Notes: generated by a model from the sequence alone, not told the origin. A stretch of DNA of 64,000 nucleotides from Guillardia theta CCMP2712 (GCF_000315625.1 NW_005434584.1:82177-146176), one strand, 5' to 3'. Shown: positions 32,234 to 43,140, counted from the first letter of the stretch. Made by a program: numbers and translations.

Positions 32234-32475
32234 TTTATTGCTTCATTGTACGCGTTAAGACTGTGCTATGAGAACAGTGCAAGATAGCTTTAATGATGAA
32301 TCTTTTCAAAACCTATTGGGGAATTATTGAAGGCAGTGGAAAGACATTTTTTTTGAGTCTTCCGTTTCCTGCTCTTCTTGAAAGGGATCCTTGACTTTGG
32401 TAGAGTGAACGAAACAATAAAAATCTTTCGAGTAGCTTATCAGTACATGTTTTCAAGCATTTGAAAGGTCAAAAG

Positions 32476-34200
32476 TCACATTGGCAGTGGTTCAACATCT
32501 CGTGGTGACATGGTTGAGTTTAATCCCTCAACGACTGTCTCAAGCAGTAGGGGAATATCGTCCACCAACACCAGATAGTCCCTGGCATCATGAAGTTCCC
32601 AGTCTGGGCTCTCAGGTCGCTTCAAGCTAGTCCGCGTGTAGTCCGTGTGATACTGACCGAAAGACGCGCACATCTGAAAGTAATCAGGTCTCGGCCAGCC
32701 AACCATCAGCTCGATAACCATCCTCTTCGGTCGAAGCCACACAAGATTGGCAAGTCCAGCTCCATGCACACCCATAAAGATGTCAGCTTCTGAAACAGAT
32801 CGCAATATCTCCATGAAAGTTTCCCTGTCGAAATCATGCACAGAGAGATTGATATGATCTAGTCCCCTCAACTGACTTGTCACATTGTACTCGTTGACAA
32901 TCTCCCTCCGGCCATGTCGCACCAAGAATAGTACGTTACCTTCTCTGCTTCCCTCAAGCGCCCCGGACTGAAGGGGGATTCCAAGCCTGGACTTGACCCA
33001 AGAACTGAGGAGGACTCCACTCAAGCTGACTTCCACTGCTTCCCTCCTGCCAACCTCCATGTCCCAACCCCCAGCTGTGACTCCAACGACGATGTTCTTG
33101 AAGCACACGGACTCACTCGAGTTTCCAAAGTTGAGCAACGACAGCACGCCTCGCCTGCACAGCAACGGGATGATGCCGCGTCCGAAAGGTCCCAGCTCCT
33201 TCATCTCCTGGTCGCGTGTGACAAACACGCAATCTGATCTCGCAGGAACGAGGCCGCCGGCCTTGCCTGACCTGCTGGGATCGAATCGATCTGATTCAAT
33301 CAAGCTCGAGAACGAGACCCACCCTGCGAAAATGTTTCGAAACGACTGCAACATCTGGTGAAACGGGTTCCAGCCATCGAAGTATACGAGGTATGCTGTA
33401 ACATTCACAGTTTGTGCACATGAGACGCTCTGGCCATCATCGATCGTTGCAACAACATCTACTCTATTGGAAGCCCTTGCATGTCTCATGTCTCTGATCC
33501 CCGGACAGTCGCTGACAAAGGAGGTCTGATGAGAACCAGGAGAAGCTGCATGTGAAGTTTCATCCATTCGATCGCCTGGTAACTTGCACTCAAACTTAGA
33601 CATCTCCTCATTCCACTGAGCTAAACAGCCGAATGACAAACTTTCATTGAAACGCTGACTCCACTGGAGGTTGTAGAAGACATCCTGCAGTAAGCAACTA
33701 CTGCCGATGCAGGAATGACGAACGATTCGATCTGCCGGAGGTAGATGTCGCACATCGTGAATCTTGCACAGGATTTGATTGTGTCTGCAGATCCCGTAGC
33801 TTGCTTCTTCAGACAGACAGTGCGTGGAGCATGCGAACGGGGCGGGCGTGCACGAATACTCAGTTGTGTGGAAACCCCACCTTATAGAGCACCTGGGCCC
33901 AGAATCGTGTACAAGCATGCTTAGGCATAGAAACTCTCCTCTGTCACAGATGCCCCATGACTCCAGTCCTCCGAGGCAGTTTGGAGGTCCACTGTCCAAC
34001 CTTGTTTCCACCTGCACATGCTCGAACGACGTGCAAGTATACCGCGAGTGATTCACAATGCAGAAGCTCTTGCTGGGCTTGGGCTTGGAGCGAGTCAAGC
34101 TCTTGAGGCTGAAGCTGGCTTCGGGATGAGGGAAGCTGCTCCAAAGCATGAGGTGAAGAGACAGGGAGAGCAGCAGCAGCGACAACAACCATCCTCTCAT
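32476..34200 (-). CDS. Glycosyltransferase family 61 (DUF563) protein with N-terminal Cys-rich modules
   Basis: Signal/anchor MRGWLLSLLLLSLSLHLMLW; motifs NPFHQM, VCFKNIVVG, VLFLVR.GRREIVNE, ADIFMGVHGAGLANLVWL, VIEL. Intronless. Confidence 0.85.
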   Translation of the reverse strand: MRGWLLSLLLLSLSLHLMLWSSFPHPEASFSLKSLTRSKPKPSKSFCIVNHSRYTCTSFEHVQVETRLDSGPPNCLGGLESWGICDRGEFLCLSMLVHDSGPRCSIRWGFHTTEYSCTPAPFACSTHCLSEEASYGICRHNQILCKIHDVRHLPPADRIVRHSCIGSSCLLQDVFYNLQWSQRFNESLSFGCLAQWNEEMSKFECKLPGDRMDETSHAASPGSHQTSFVSDCPGIRDMRHARASNRVDVVATIDDGQSVSCAQTVNVTAYLVYFDGWNPFHQMLQSFRNIFAGWVSFSSLIESDRFDPSRSGKAGGLVPARSDCVFVTRDQEMKELGPFGRGIIPLLCRRGVLSLLNFGNSSESVCFKNIVVGVTAGGWDMEVGRREAVEVSLSGVLLSSWVKSRLGIPLQSGALEGSREGNVLFLVRHGRREIVNEYNVTSQLRGLDHINLSVHDFDRETFMEILRSVSEADIFMGVHGAGLANLVWLRPKRMVIELMVGWPRPDYFQMCASFGQYHTDYTRTSLKRPESPDWELHDARDYLVLVDDIPLLLETVVEGLNSTMSPRDVEPLPM

Positions 34201-34729
34201 AGTAGGTCCTGCTGCTTCGCCATGAACTCAGCTATAAATCCACTGGATCGCAATTTTCAGTCCGCCAGGTTTTGCCAGGTAGGGGGATGAGGGCCTCGGG
34301 AGATAGAGACAAATCCGCCTCGGAGGGAGACATAGAGCCTCCGAGGCTCTGAGAGGCCTCGGAGCCTGAGTGGCAGCTGGGCAGCAGTTCACCAAGCCTA
34401 CCCTGTTGCCACCCCAAAAGGCTTGAAGGCTGCCTGCTGTCGTACAACCCGGGACGGGCCGGCACAGTGGCACACGGAGTGACTTGCCGGGCCCGGCGGC
34501 GAGTCACGATCCGATCAGTGGCTCACTTCTGCAATGAGAAGACCAAATTACCACACTACCCACCTCAGAATCGAATAGGCTTTCATAGAAAGGCAGTATT
34601 TATCCTCTCGTAGGAATGCTTATATCTTTCCCTGCTGCCTTGAAGAGGTGGGGCTGAGAATCATCCAAACGTACAGGATGGTGGGAAAGGAGCGGAGGGA
34701 GAAGAAGGGATAGAAGCTTGTCGATAGCC

Positions 34730-37700
34730 ATGGAGGATCAGCCGAAGCGAAGAAGAAAGAAAGTCCAAGCTTTCCTGCACACAAGGAACGGGCTAAGCGT
34801 TCAAAGCATCCTCATCCTCAGCTTTGAACTTGTTACTACCGCTGCATTATCCAGCTATGCTGCTGAGTCTTCTTCCTCCAGCACTCCCCTTTCTTTCTCC
34901 TCGTCTTCCTCTAGTGCTTCTCTTCCTGTCTCCTCTTCCAGCGCTTCTTATGAGAGTACCTCTAGCACCATCTCAGCCTCTTCCTCTTCATCTAGCCCAC
35001 CATATGAGTCTCCCTCTGATACATCTTCCCTCTTCTCTTCTTCCTCTTCCAGCCCTTATGAGTCCTCATCCTCGAGTACCCCCCTTCCCGAGTCCTCATC
35101 CTCGAGTACCCCCCTTCCTGAGTCCTCATCCTCGAGTACCCCCCTTCCTGAGTCCTCATCCTCGAGTACCCCCCTTCCTGAGTCCTCATCCTCGAGTACC
35201 CCCCTTCCTGAGTCCTCATCCTCGAGTACCCCCCTTCCTCTATCTCCTTCCTCTACTGCCATGTATGAACAGCCTTCCTCGAGTACCCCCCTTCCTCTAT
35301 CTCCTTCCTCTACCGCCATGTATGAACAGCCTTCCTCGAGTACCCCCCTTCCTGAGTCCTCATCCTCGAGTACCCCCCTTCCTGAGTCCTCATCCTCGAG
35401 TACCCCCCTTCCTATATCTCCTTCCTCTACTGCCATGTATGAACAGCCTTCCTCGAGTACCCCCCTTCCTCTATCTCCTTCCTCTACTGCCATGTATGAA
35501 CAGCCTTCCTCGAGTACCCCCCTTCCTATATCTCCTTCCTCTACTGCCATGTATGAACAGCCTTCCTCTAGTACCCCCCTTCCTATATCTCCTTCCTCTA
35601 CTGCCATGTATGAACAGCCTTCCTCGAGTACCCCCCTTCCTATATCTCCTTCCTCTACCAACTCATCGTATGAGTCTTCTCCATTCAGTACTTCGGTTCC
35701 GTTGCTTTCCCTTTCTTCTACACCTTCCTCTACTACACCGCCATTACAGTCGTTTTCCACTAGCTCTCTCCTCCTTCCTCCCTCCAGCGAAGCTTTCCAA
35801 GTGTCTTCAACGATCATTTCACCAGCAGCATCCTCAGTGAACGGCGAGCTTGCAAGCACTCCTCTACCTTCAAATTGCGGCAATGGTGTGCTGGAGCATA
35901 CCGAAGCTTGTGATGATGGCAACTCTTTGAGCCTCGATGGATGCAGCTCGGCTTGTACCATCGAGCCCTACTGGAACTGCAGCAGACTTGAAGATCCGGT
36001 AGGGTCAACAACCTCAAATGTCACTTCTGCCAGTCCTGCCGCCTCTCTCTGCTCCTTGACCGTGAGGCCGCGATGGACCGGGTTGTTTGTGCTGAGCGGA
36101 GCCAAGTACGCGGGGATGACAAACACGCTGACGATCTTGCTGACCTCCAACTTCCCTCTCAGAGCCGGCAGCAACTTCTCCATCATAGGCCTCAACGTCT
36201 CCATCAGCGGGGACTCTCAGTTCGTCTCAGTGTCAGGCGGGGACATCTTGCAGCAGGCCGTCTGGTCGGCAAGCGAGGGGAGGCTGACCCTGTTTGTGAC
36301 GAGCCAGGTTAGCTCCGCCTCCTTCACTGTGACTGTACAGAACCCTCCCTATCCCCGGGAGCCAGTCTTGCTAGGAGCTGAGTGCTTGGGGTGCGTCAGC
36401 TTCGCCCCCTCCTACCGAGTCTTCAACGCCTCTCTTGCGAGGGGTCTAGGGGCAACGTCGCTTCTGCCGAGTGTCTGCGGGGAGAGCAGCGGGGGGCTGG
36501 CTCTCTATGGCTCCTCCTGTCAGTTCGAGTGCTATGGGCTGGTCTCGAGCCATCACTGCGTGTGCATGTCCGGCCAGTTCGGCCCGGGCTGCTCGCAGAC
36601 GTTGGGAGCGCCAGCCGAGACTCAGACGGCGACGGTCTCGTCCGATAAGGAGACGAAGATCCAAGGATCAGGAGGGCTGTCGGTGGTGCTCCCTGCTGGG
36701 GCTGTGGCGGGCTCTCAGTCTATCAGCGTATCCGTGTACAACGTCTCAGACCTCAACGTGAGCCAAGGGGCCACGGAGAGGCTCGTTCCAGCTGGACCTG
36801 TCCTTATCTTCTCTCCGGCAGGGTTGAAGTTCAACAAGTACATCACCATCAGCTCGCCGTATGACCCCAGCCTGATCCCAGCTGGGCTGGAGGGGTACCT
36901 GTTCTACTACAACGCGATGGCGGCAGATCCATGGGAGCGGCAGGTCACGACGGCGAAGCCAACGGCTACTCCTCCGGTCCTGGAGGCTCAGATCGACCAC
37001 TTCTCTGGGTTTGTGCCCCTCGGGGCTGCTCCACCTGCCACGTCACCATCATCCATGACGACTCTGACAACGACCATGTCTACTTTGCCTTCTCTCGTTC
37101 TCTCCTCGTCTACTCAGACTCCGATTGATGTTGCCAGCACGTCCTCCACTCCATCTCCTCAAGTATTTCATACCTCTGATGCGATAGGCTCTGGCTCCAC
37201 AGCCCATGTCAACTCCACTACCTCGATCTCACTTGCTTCTACTCCGATGCCCATGTTCTCCTCCTCCACTTCATCATCATCCTCAGTTGTTCTCTCCACC
37301 ACACCTTCTCCTACCCAGCTCCCTTCTTTCCAAGTCAGCTCAGCGTCAGCTTTCAACGTTCAGATTCAGATCATTTCGCCCATGACTAGGTTGTTCTTCG
37401 ACTCCAAGACGGCTGAGATCAGAAGCTCCATCGCCGAGGGGCTCAGAGTCAGCCAGGCGGATGTCAGTCAACCAGCAGCCGATCGCTACCTTCGCAGAGC
37501 TTCTTCCCGGTCTCTCTCCTACTCAGCAGACTTGAAAGTTGACTCAGCTGTAAAATTCGTCCAAGACATCCAGGCGAATACATCGCAGACTTTGATCAGA
37601 CTCAATGTTGCCTTCACGCAAAGGAACATCCCCAACGCTACAGACTTCAGCATAGCTCTGATGTCGTCTTCTCTATCAGCTGGAGCCATTGCTGGGATTG

Positions 37701-37918
37701 TGATCGGGTCGGTTGTGCTTTCATCGCTGATGTTAGCTACCATATGGACTTGTCACAGAGCGAGAAGAAACTTTCGGAGGACTGATCGACTTCGTCGTCC
37801 TCCTCTTCCAATCGCATCTCTGCTTGACTTCAACCTTGACAGTGAGCTGGAATTCGGAGATGTCATCCTTCGACCTTCTCCCCATGACCAGGGCTTCTTC
37901 GAGCATCGATACGTCTGA
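34730..37918 (+). CDS. Ser/Thr/Pro-rich type-I surface protein: mucin-like stalk, Myxococcus-type Cys-rich repeat (DUF4215-like), EGF-like and ZU5-like segments, TM
   Basis: Hydrophobic SILILSFELVTTAALS. CGNGVLEHTEACDDGNSLSLDGCSSACTIEPYWNC; CVCMSGQFGPGC; LSVVLPAGAV...GP...FSPAGLKFNK.ITIS...IDHFSGF; TM AIAGIVIGSVVLSSLMLATIW. Confidence 0.85.
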   Translation: MEDQPKRRRKKVQAFLHTRNGLSVQSILILSFELVTTAALSSYAAESSSSSTPLSFSSSSSSASLPVSSSSASYESTSSTISASSSSSSPPYESPSDTSSLFSSSSSSPYESSSSSTPLPESSSSSTPLPESSSSSTPLPESSSSSTPLPESSSSSTPLPESSSSSTPLPLSPSSTAMYEQPSSSTPLPLSPSSTAMYEQPSSSTPLPESSSSSTPLPESSSSSTPLPISPSSTAMYEQPSSSTPLPLSPSSTAMYEQPSSSTPLPISPSSTAMYEQPSSSTPLPISPSSTAMYEQPSSSTPLPISPSSTNSSYESSPFSTSVPLLSLSSTPSSTTPPLQSFSTSSLLLPPSSEAFQVSSTIISPAASSVNGELASTPLPSNCGNGVLEHTEACDDGNSLSLDGCSSACTIEPYWNCSRLEDPVGSTTSNVTSASPAASLCSLTVRPRWTGLFVLSGAKYAGMTNTLTILLTSNFPLRAGSNFSIIGLNVSISGDSQFVSVSGGDILQQAVWSASEGRLTLFVTSQVSSASFTVTVQNPPYPREPVLLGAECLGCVSFAPSYRVFNASLARGLGATSLLPSVCGESSGGLALYGSSCQFECYGLVSSHHCVCMSGQFGPGCSQTLGAPAETQTATVSSDKETKIQGSGGLSVVLPAGAVAGSQSISVSVYNVSDLNVSQGATERLVPAGPVLIFSPAGLKFNKYITISSPYDPSLIPAGLEGYLFYYNAMAADPWERQVTTAKPTATPPVLEAQIDHFSGFVPLGAAPPATSPSSMTTLTTTMSTLPSLVLSSSTQTPIDVASTSSTPSPQVFHTSDAIGSGSTAHVNSTTSISLASTPMPMFSSSTSSSSSVVLSTTPSPTQLPSFQVSSASAFNVQIQIISPMTRLFFDSKTAEIRSSIAEGLRVSQADVSQPAADRYLRRASSRSLSYSADLKVDSAVKFVQDIQANTSQTLIRLNVAFTQRNIPNATDFSIALMSSSLSAGAIAGIVIGSVVLSSLMLATIWTCHRARRNFRRTDRLRRPPLPIASLLDFNLDSELEFGDVILRPSPHDQGFFEHRYV
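35060..35659 (+). repeat. Coding minisatellite with 30-nt (ESSSSSTPLP) and 57-nt ([LI]SPSSTAMYEQPSSSTPLP) units in order A6-B2-A2-B4
   Basis: Direct reading of DNA and protein. Confidence 0.95.
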
Positions 37919-38361
37919 CTCCAAGAATGACTCAAGAGGTAGATCTTATAACTCGACAGCGAGTAGATTAGAGGTGCGGCATGAAATACAAGATGTTTGC
38001 CTTGTCGAGTCACGTATGTTGGTGCTAGTGAGAGGACCGTGCCTATCTTAATGAAATGTCGCTTCTGTATGAGCTACGACCATGAGACTAGAGTTTTTGC
38101 AAACTTTTCTTCACATAGTTGTCATCGTTTTGAAATCATCATGTTCTAGGAGAGACAAGCATTGACTTGTCAACACGCCACGTAAGCAATTTTTGTCAAT
38201 GCATGACTGTCATATAACTGTAAGAGTAGCTCATATTTGTTGACACGATCTTGTATATTGTTAAGGTCTCAACTTTATTTGGAATTTGGAGTTCCAGAAA
38301 TGCACAAACTCATGAATGAATTCACCGACAGACAGACAACAAGATAACATTGAGAGGTGAG

Positions 38362-38376
38362 TTAACTTTGAGTAAA
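38362..38376 (+). promoter_or_regulatory. Recurrent upstream 15-mer, copy 2
   Basis: TTAACTTTGAGTAAA ~300 bp upstream of the GT90 ATG, same gene-relative orientation. Confidence 0.5.
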
Positions 38377-38677
38377 AGGATCTTCTCTTCTCAGCATTTC
38401 ATCTCCAAGAATCGCACACGGTTCACAAATGCTGTAAACCGGGCCTTGACCGCTGGCTCACATTCGTAGCCTTTTTGATGAATCGCCCGATGGCAATTAT
38501 TACCTATCATTCAGGAGGCTCGTCGCTTGGCCAGGCTCGTGAAGGCTCGAGGTAGTTTCTTGGGATCGACGATGGCGATGAGAAAGATGAGAGAGATGAG
38601 AGAGATGAGAGAGATGAGAGAGGACTTGATCCTTCCCACGAGCCTCTGGCTTCTCAACATCGTAACAATCTTCTAAC

Positions 38678-39865
38678 ATGTTATGGCGCAAGGGGAAATT
38701 TCTGTGCTTGATGCTTCTGCTTGCAGCTATGTCTATCCTATTCAATGTCATGTCTTTCAGACAAGCTCTGCTAACAGCTGGCAGACCTTTGCTCACTCCA
38801 TCAAGGAGTATGAAGGCACGAATGTCCAAGAATGAATTCTTGCATTGGAAACGTTGCAGGCGGCATCCAGCCATTGATCAGTCGATCCTTCTGTATCGCT
38901 CTGCTGCTTGTCGAGGTCGAGTGACAAGGTCAGCCATCAGGAGAAGCGTGCGAGAGGAACGAGATTACATAGGCGTCAGCATCCGACACAACCATGTCTC
39001 TTACTACGGTGCCGAGGGAACGCCCTGGGAAAAGAGTAACAGAGTGACCAACGGGCTGATTCAAGACATCGCTATGGTAGCGCAACAAGTCGATCTGCCG
39101 GACGTGGAGTTCATTGGCTTCTTTCATGACGGGTATGGGGGGGTGAACCTGCCGGATGCAAGGAACGTCTGCCTGCCTGTCTTCGTGCAAGAGAAGCCAA
39201 GGTCTAGCAAAGGCATTCTAGCGACCCCCCGATCAGTGCAAGGGTTCTCAGACTATATCCTAGGCACTGCGACAAAGGACAATACCATCCCCTTGGAAAG
39301 AAAGATCAACAAAGCTTTCTTCAGGGGTACCACGACTGGTGGAGTATACACGCTAAACAATTGGAAGAACTTCACAAGGAGCAAGATCGTCAAAGCCTCG
39401 TTAGATCACCCGGATCTACTCGATGCTCGCTTCACACGCGTCGTGCAGTACGACTCTGAGAAGCTTGTCAAAGTCATGGAGAATGAGGGATATCTCACGG
39501 AAACTCACGTCGAGCACTCAGAGCAATGGAAGTACAGGATGATTGTCGTGCCTGACGGCAACTCAGTTCCTGATCGCCTGCTGGACTTCCTAGCAAGCAA
39601 CGTCGTCGTACTGAAGCAGGAGTCAGAGAACGAAGAGTTCTGGTACCAAGACCTCAAGCCGTATGAGCACTACATCCCCTTCAAGCGCGACGTGTCGGAC
39701 CTGGTTGAAGTGATCAGAAAGACTCTCAAGAACGAGACTCTCATGACACATGTTTCTGACTCTTCAACTCACTACGTCCTTGCGAACCTCAACTCAGACT
39801 GCATCAAGTGCTACCTCGTGCATCTCCTCTATGAGTATGCGGACGTGTATGTTGAGGACCATTAA
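38678..39865 (+). CDS. Glycosyltransferase family 90 (CAP10/KDELC-like), type-II membrane, intronless
   Basis: Anchor FLCLMLLLAAMSILFNVM; motifs LPDVEF, KAFFRGTTTG, LLDARFT, KYRMIVVPDGN, EFWYQDLKPYEHYIP. Paralog of the C-terminal half of 29336-32233. Confidence 0.88.
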   Translation: MLWRKGKFLCLMLLLAAMSILFNVMSFRQALLTAGRPLLTPSRSMKARMSKNEFLHWKRCRRHPAIDQSILLYRSAACRGRVTRSAIRRSVREERDYIGVSIRHNHVSYYGAEGTPWEKSNRVTNGLIQDIAMVAQQVDLPDVEFIGFFHDGYGGVNLPDARNVCLPVFVQEKPRSSKGILATPRSVQGFSDYILGTATKDNTIPLERKINKAFFRGTTTGGVYTLNNWKNFTRSKIVKASLDHPDLLDARFTRVVQYDSEKLVKVMENEGYLTETHVEHSEQWKYRMIVVPDGNSVPDRLLDFLASNVVVLKQESENEEFWYQDLKPYEHYIPFKRDVSDLVEVIRKTLKNETLMTHVSDSSTHYVLANLNSDCIKCYLVHLLYEYADVYVEDH

Positions 39866-40607
39866 TTTCCTGACCCAAAGACAGTCTGTGTATAATCCAT
39901 CGGTCTGTTTGTTTGGTTCACCGTCGTTTGCCTTCGGTCTTCCTCAACGCTGTTTAGATCAGCATGAGATAGGATTGAAGGTTAAGAGCTTTCATTCAAG
40001 CTTGTTCCTTTCAGAACTAGAAACCCTTCAAAGAGGCGTGGAATAAAGATTATTCCAACCAAGTTGAAGACGAGCTGAACAATCCCTGCTTTTTTTGCAC
40101 GAAAAACTTGATGATAAAAATGAACTGAAATTGCCTTTCTTGGGACAATCTCGAGATTCGATAGAGCTTGGTCTCCATCACTCGACGTGGCAAATCAAAG
40201 ATGCATCTTGCGGATGTTTGCCAAGAGACAGAATGAAGAATTCTGAGCAGACTCCGCATTTTCGGAGACACAAGGAAGAAATATTTTCTTTTCCTCACAC
40301 AAGGATGAATTGAGCTAGAACAGTTTTGAAAGTAAGCACTATAGAGATGACATGAGTATCATACAGATGTCCTTCAGAAAAGGGAGGATCCTATCCACCT
40401 CTTGCCAGGCATTGTATTATATCCGTTCTACATGGTAACCAGCTTATCTCGCGTCCACTAGATGTGAATGGATAGGGAGTAGGAGGAAACCAATACATAA
40501 CTAACATCTTGTCGAGAATCTGTTTGCACCTTGCGACACAAAAACTATTTCTCCACCCGCTCTTTCTTTGTCCCCCCCCCTCCTCCTTCACCCAGTCTTC
40601 GCTCCTC

Positions 40608-42897
40608 TCACTCATACTTCGTCACGTCCAGAGGACGTCGAACGCGCTTGTAGAGGCACATGTAGGCCATGTGCCAGTCGCCTCCTCCGTAGAGCTTCTT
40701 GACCTCGTCGGCCTCGATCTCCGAGACCTGACCGACGGTCAGTCTCAATCACGTCGTCAGGTTCAAGTCGGTTTCAAGCTCAGACGTCATTGCTAAGAGG
40801 AGCAGACCTTGGCGTCATCGAAGAGAAACCACTTGCCCGAGTCCTTCTTGATCCAGGCGACGTAGTGCCCTCCGTCCGCCGTCCTCCCCTACTGCCTCGT
40901 CACTTCTCTCCACCACGAGAGGGTTTAGGGTTTAGGGTCGTCACCTTGTGCGTGATGACTCCGGTCAGCTCGTAAGTGGACCAGAGATCCTCCGTCTCCT
41001 CGATCTCCTCTTGGCCTTCCACCTCCATCGTCTCCTCCTTCTTCTCCTCTCCCTTCGCACCCTCCTTGCTCTCGCTCTCATCCTTGGCTGTCCACAAGTC
41101 ATCAGTGCAGGAATACTTTCAGCATGCAGCTCACCTGTACCAGTCTCGGTGCGTCGCCTCAACGCGGCTTGTCGCTCATCATTCGCCTCACGTTCCTGAA
41201 GTCTGCATGCTCGGAGGGTGCAGGAGACAACAGTAACGGCACCTTATTCCTCCACTTGTCTATCCTCGACTTGTACTCGTCGGTGCAGAAGTCCCTCATG
41301 TCCAACAGGAACGGAAACTTAACCGCGCGGAGGATCTTGGCCTTCTTCCCGGTGTCTTGCCTCCACTGGAACCTCACGAAGTGAAGCAGCAGATACTTTG
41401 GCAAGCTGAGGCAGACTCTGGTCAGACAACACAAGATCATGGAGACGCTGCAAACCGGGAGATCTTGGAAGTCTTCTTGTAGAGAGCGGTCCTTCCGAGG
41501 GAAGGAGAGTTCTTTTCCAGTGAAGACTCAAGGCCCTGACAGGAGGTCAGAAGTCTCAGCACAAGGAGAGACAAGAGACACAAAACATCACCAGAGAGAT
41601 GCTCTGAGTCACGAAGTCAGTGCCACCTTTGCTGCTTCCATCCGGTTGGGGAGTCTGCGGTCTCCTCAGAAGAGCCCCACTCGCTCTGCAAGGAGAAGTA
41701 CCGGCCCCTGGATGTGACAGGAGATCTTCAGTTGCTTCTCTTTCTCCGTCACGGCCTGAGGGGCAGCCACATCAACGCACTGATGTTGTCACAAGGCCTC
41801 TCACAGACCGGCTCATCTCCTTCCGCGCACTTGACCTCAACATCCAACTCGACGCCAAAGAGGTCCTCAATGAAGCTCTTTCCCTCGGCAGTCTTGATCT
41901 ACCACCACCAATCTATCAGCAAGGTCGCAATCGCATCAACTAGGTACCTTCTGCGTGTAGACTTGCAGCAACTGTGACAAACACTCCTCTGCATCTTGTT
42001 GCATGTGCATCCCGCCCTCTCCCCTCTCATCGAATTGTGGGAAGTTCAGACGCAGCTGTTGGAGGGTCTCAAGGACGAAAATCAAAATCAACGTCGGGCC
42101 ACCTGCATCAACAGATTTCCAGGAGCAATCGGTTCAGTAGCCGACTGCATCCGCTTGAACAAGTTCTTCGACGCAACAACCAGGCCGTTGTAAGGATCGG
42201 AATGCTGGGTCGATTCTGTTCAGACAGAAATCTCAGTGTATTTCCGAGATGTTTCGAACTGAAGAAACCTGCTGGAGAGTTCGACAAGCTCTCAACCAGC
42301 TCGTTGACGTTGTTGACAACCTGATCTTGAAGTCAACCCAGGAGGCTCCCTCAACCTCAAGATACCTGGAGGCAGGAGTTCATGTAGCAGGTATTTCCAA
42401 GGTTCTCAAGGCCAAAGGGAACACCAGCAGCCATCAGCCCTGCCATATCCGACGGTGCCAAGTCTTCGACCTGAGCACAACATCACTGCAAACAGCATGG
42501 CAGAGCTCTCTCGTACAAAGATCGGTTTCTCTGTCGGAGCTTGCAGAATCTCGTCGGCAGTTCCAAACAGCATGAGCATCTTGGACCAACGTCAGGACAA
42601 GTCAAGGCAGGAGAAACGGAGGGAGAGTCAACCTGCTTGTCCTTGAGGTTCAACGACTTGAGGTCAGTGTCATCGTTGATCTTCTTGGTCCCCGCAGTGA
42701 TCTTCTGCCGGTCAGGGGGAACTCCTGTGAGCGCAAACAGCTGCGCACAGCCGTCATGGTCAAACGAAGAGCATGCGGGGAGAACATCGGAGAGAAGACA
42801 GCACCTGAGCCTTGAAGACTTCAGCTGGCTCATCCAACATGATCTGAACGTCGAACTTCTCCTTTCCCCACTTCACCTTCACATCGACAGTCGCCAT
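40608..42897 (-). CDS. USP14: Proteasome-associated deubiquitinase USP14/UBP6, multi-exon
   Basis: UBL MATVDVKVKWGKEKF...LFALTGVPPDRQKI; Cys box GLENLGNTCYMNSCLQ; LPKYLLLHFVRFQW...KAKILR.VKFP..LDM; His box YELTGVITHK|G...GHYVAWIK; GGGDWHMAY. Confidence 0.93.
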
Positions 42898-43082
42898 TCT
42901 TTTTAAAATCATGTTAGCATGGCATAGTGGAGAAGTGAAAGCCCGTCGTTACAGACTGTTCAGCAGCTAATTCTACTTCAGCCTCCCCCCCGTCATACTC
43001 CCTCATCTTATCGTACATGTCACTCACTTAGCAATGTTTCATTTTCCTGCCCAGCCTTAGCTTCATTTCCTATGATCTTGCT

Positions 43083-43140
43083 CCTGTCCTGTCCTGTCCT
43101 GTCCTGTCCTGTCCTGTCCTGTCCTGTCCTGTCCTGTCCT
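43083..43140. repeat. (CCTGT)n microsatellite
   Basis: Direct reading. Confidence 0.95.

Noticed and set aside
34824-35961. Alternative-frame and antisense repeat ORFs (338, 301, 75 aa)
   Set aside because: Shadows of the coding minisatellite.
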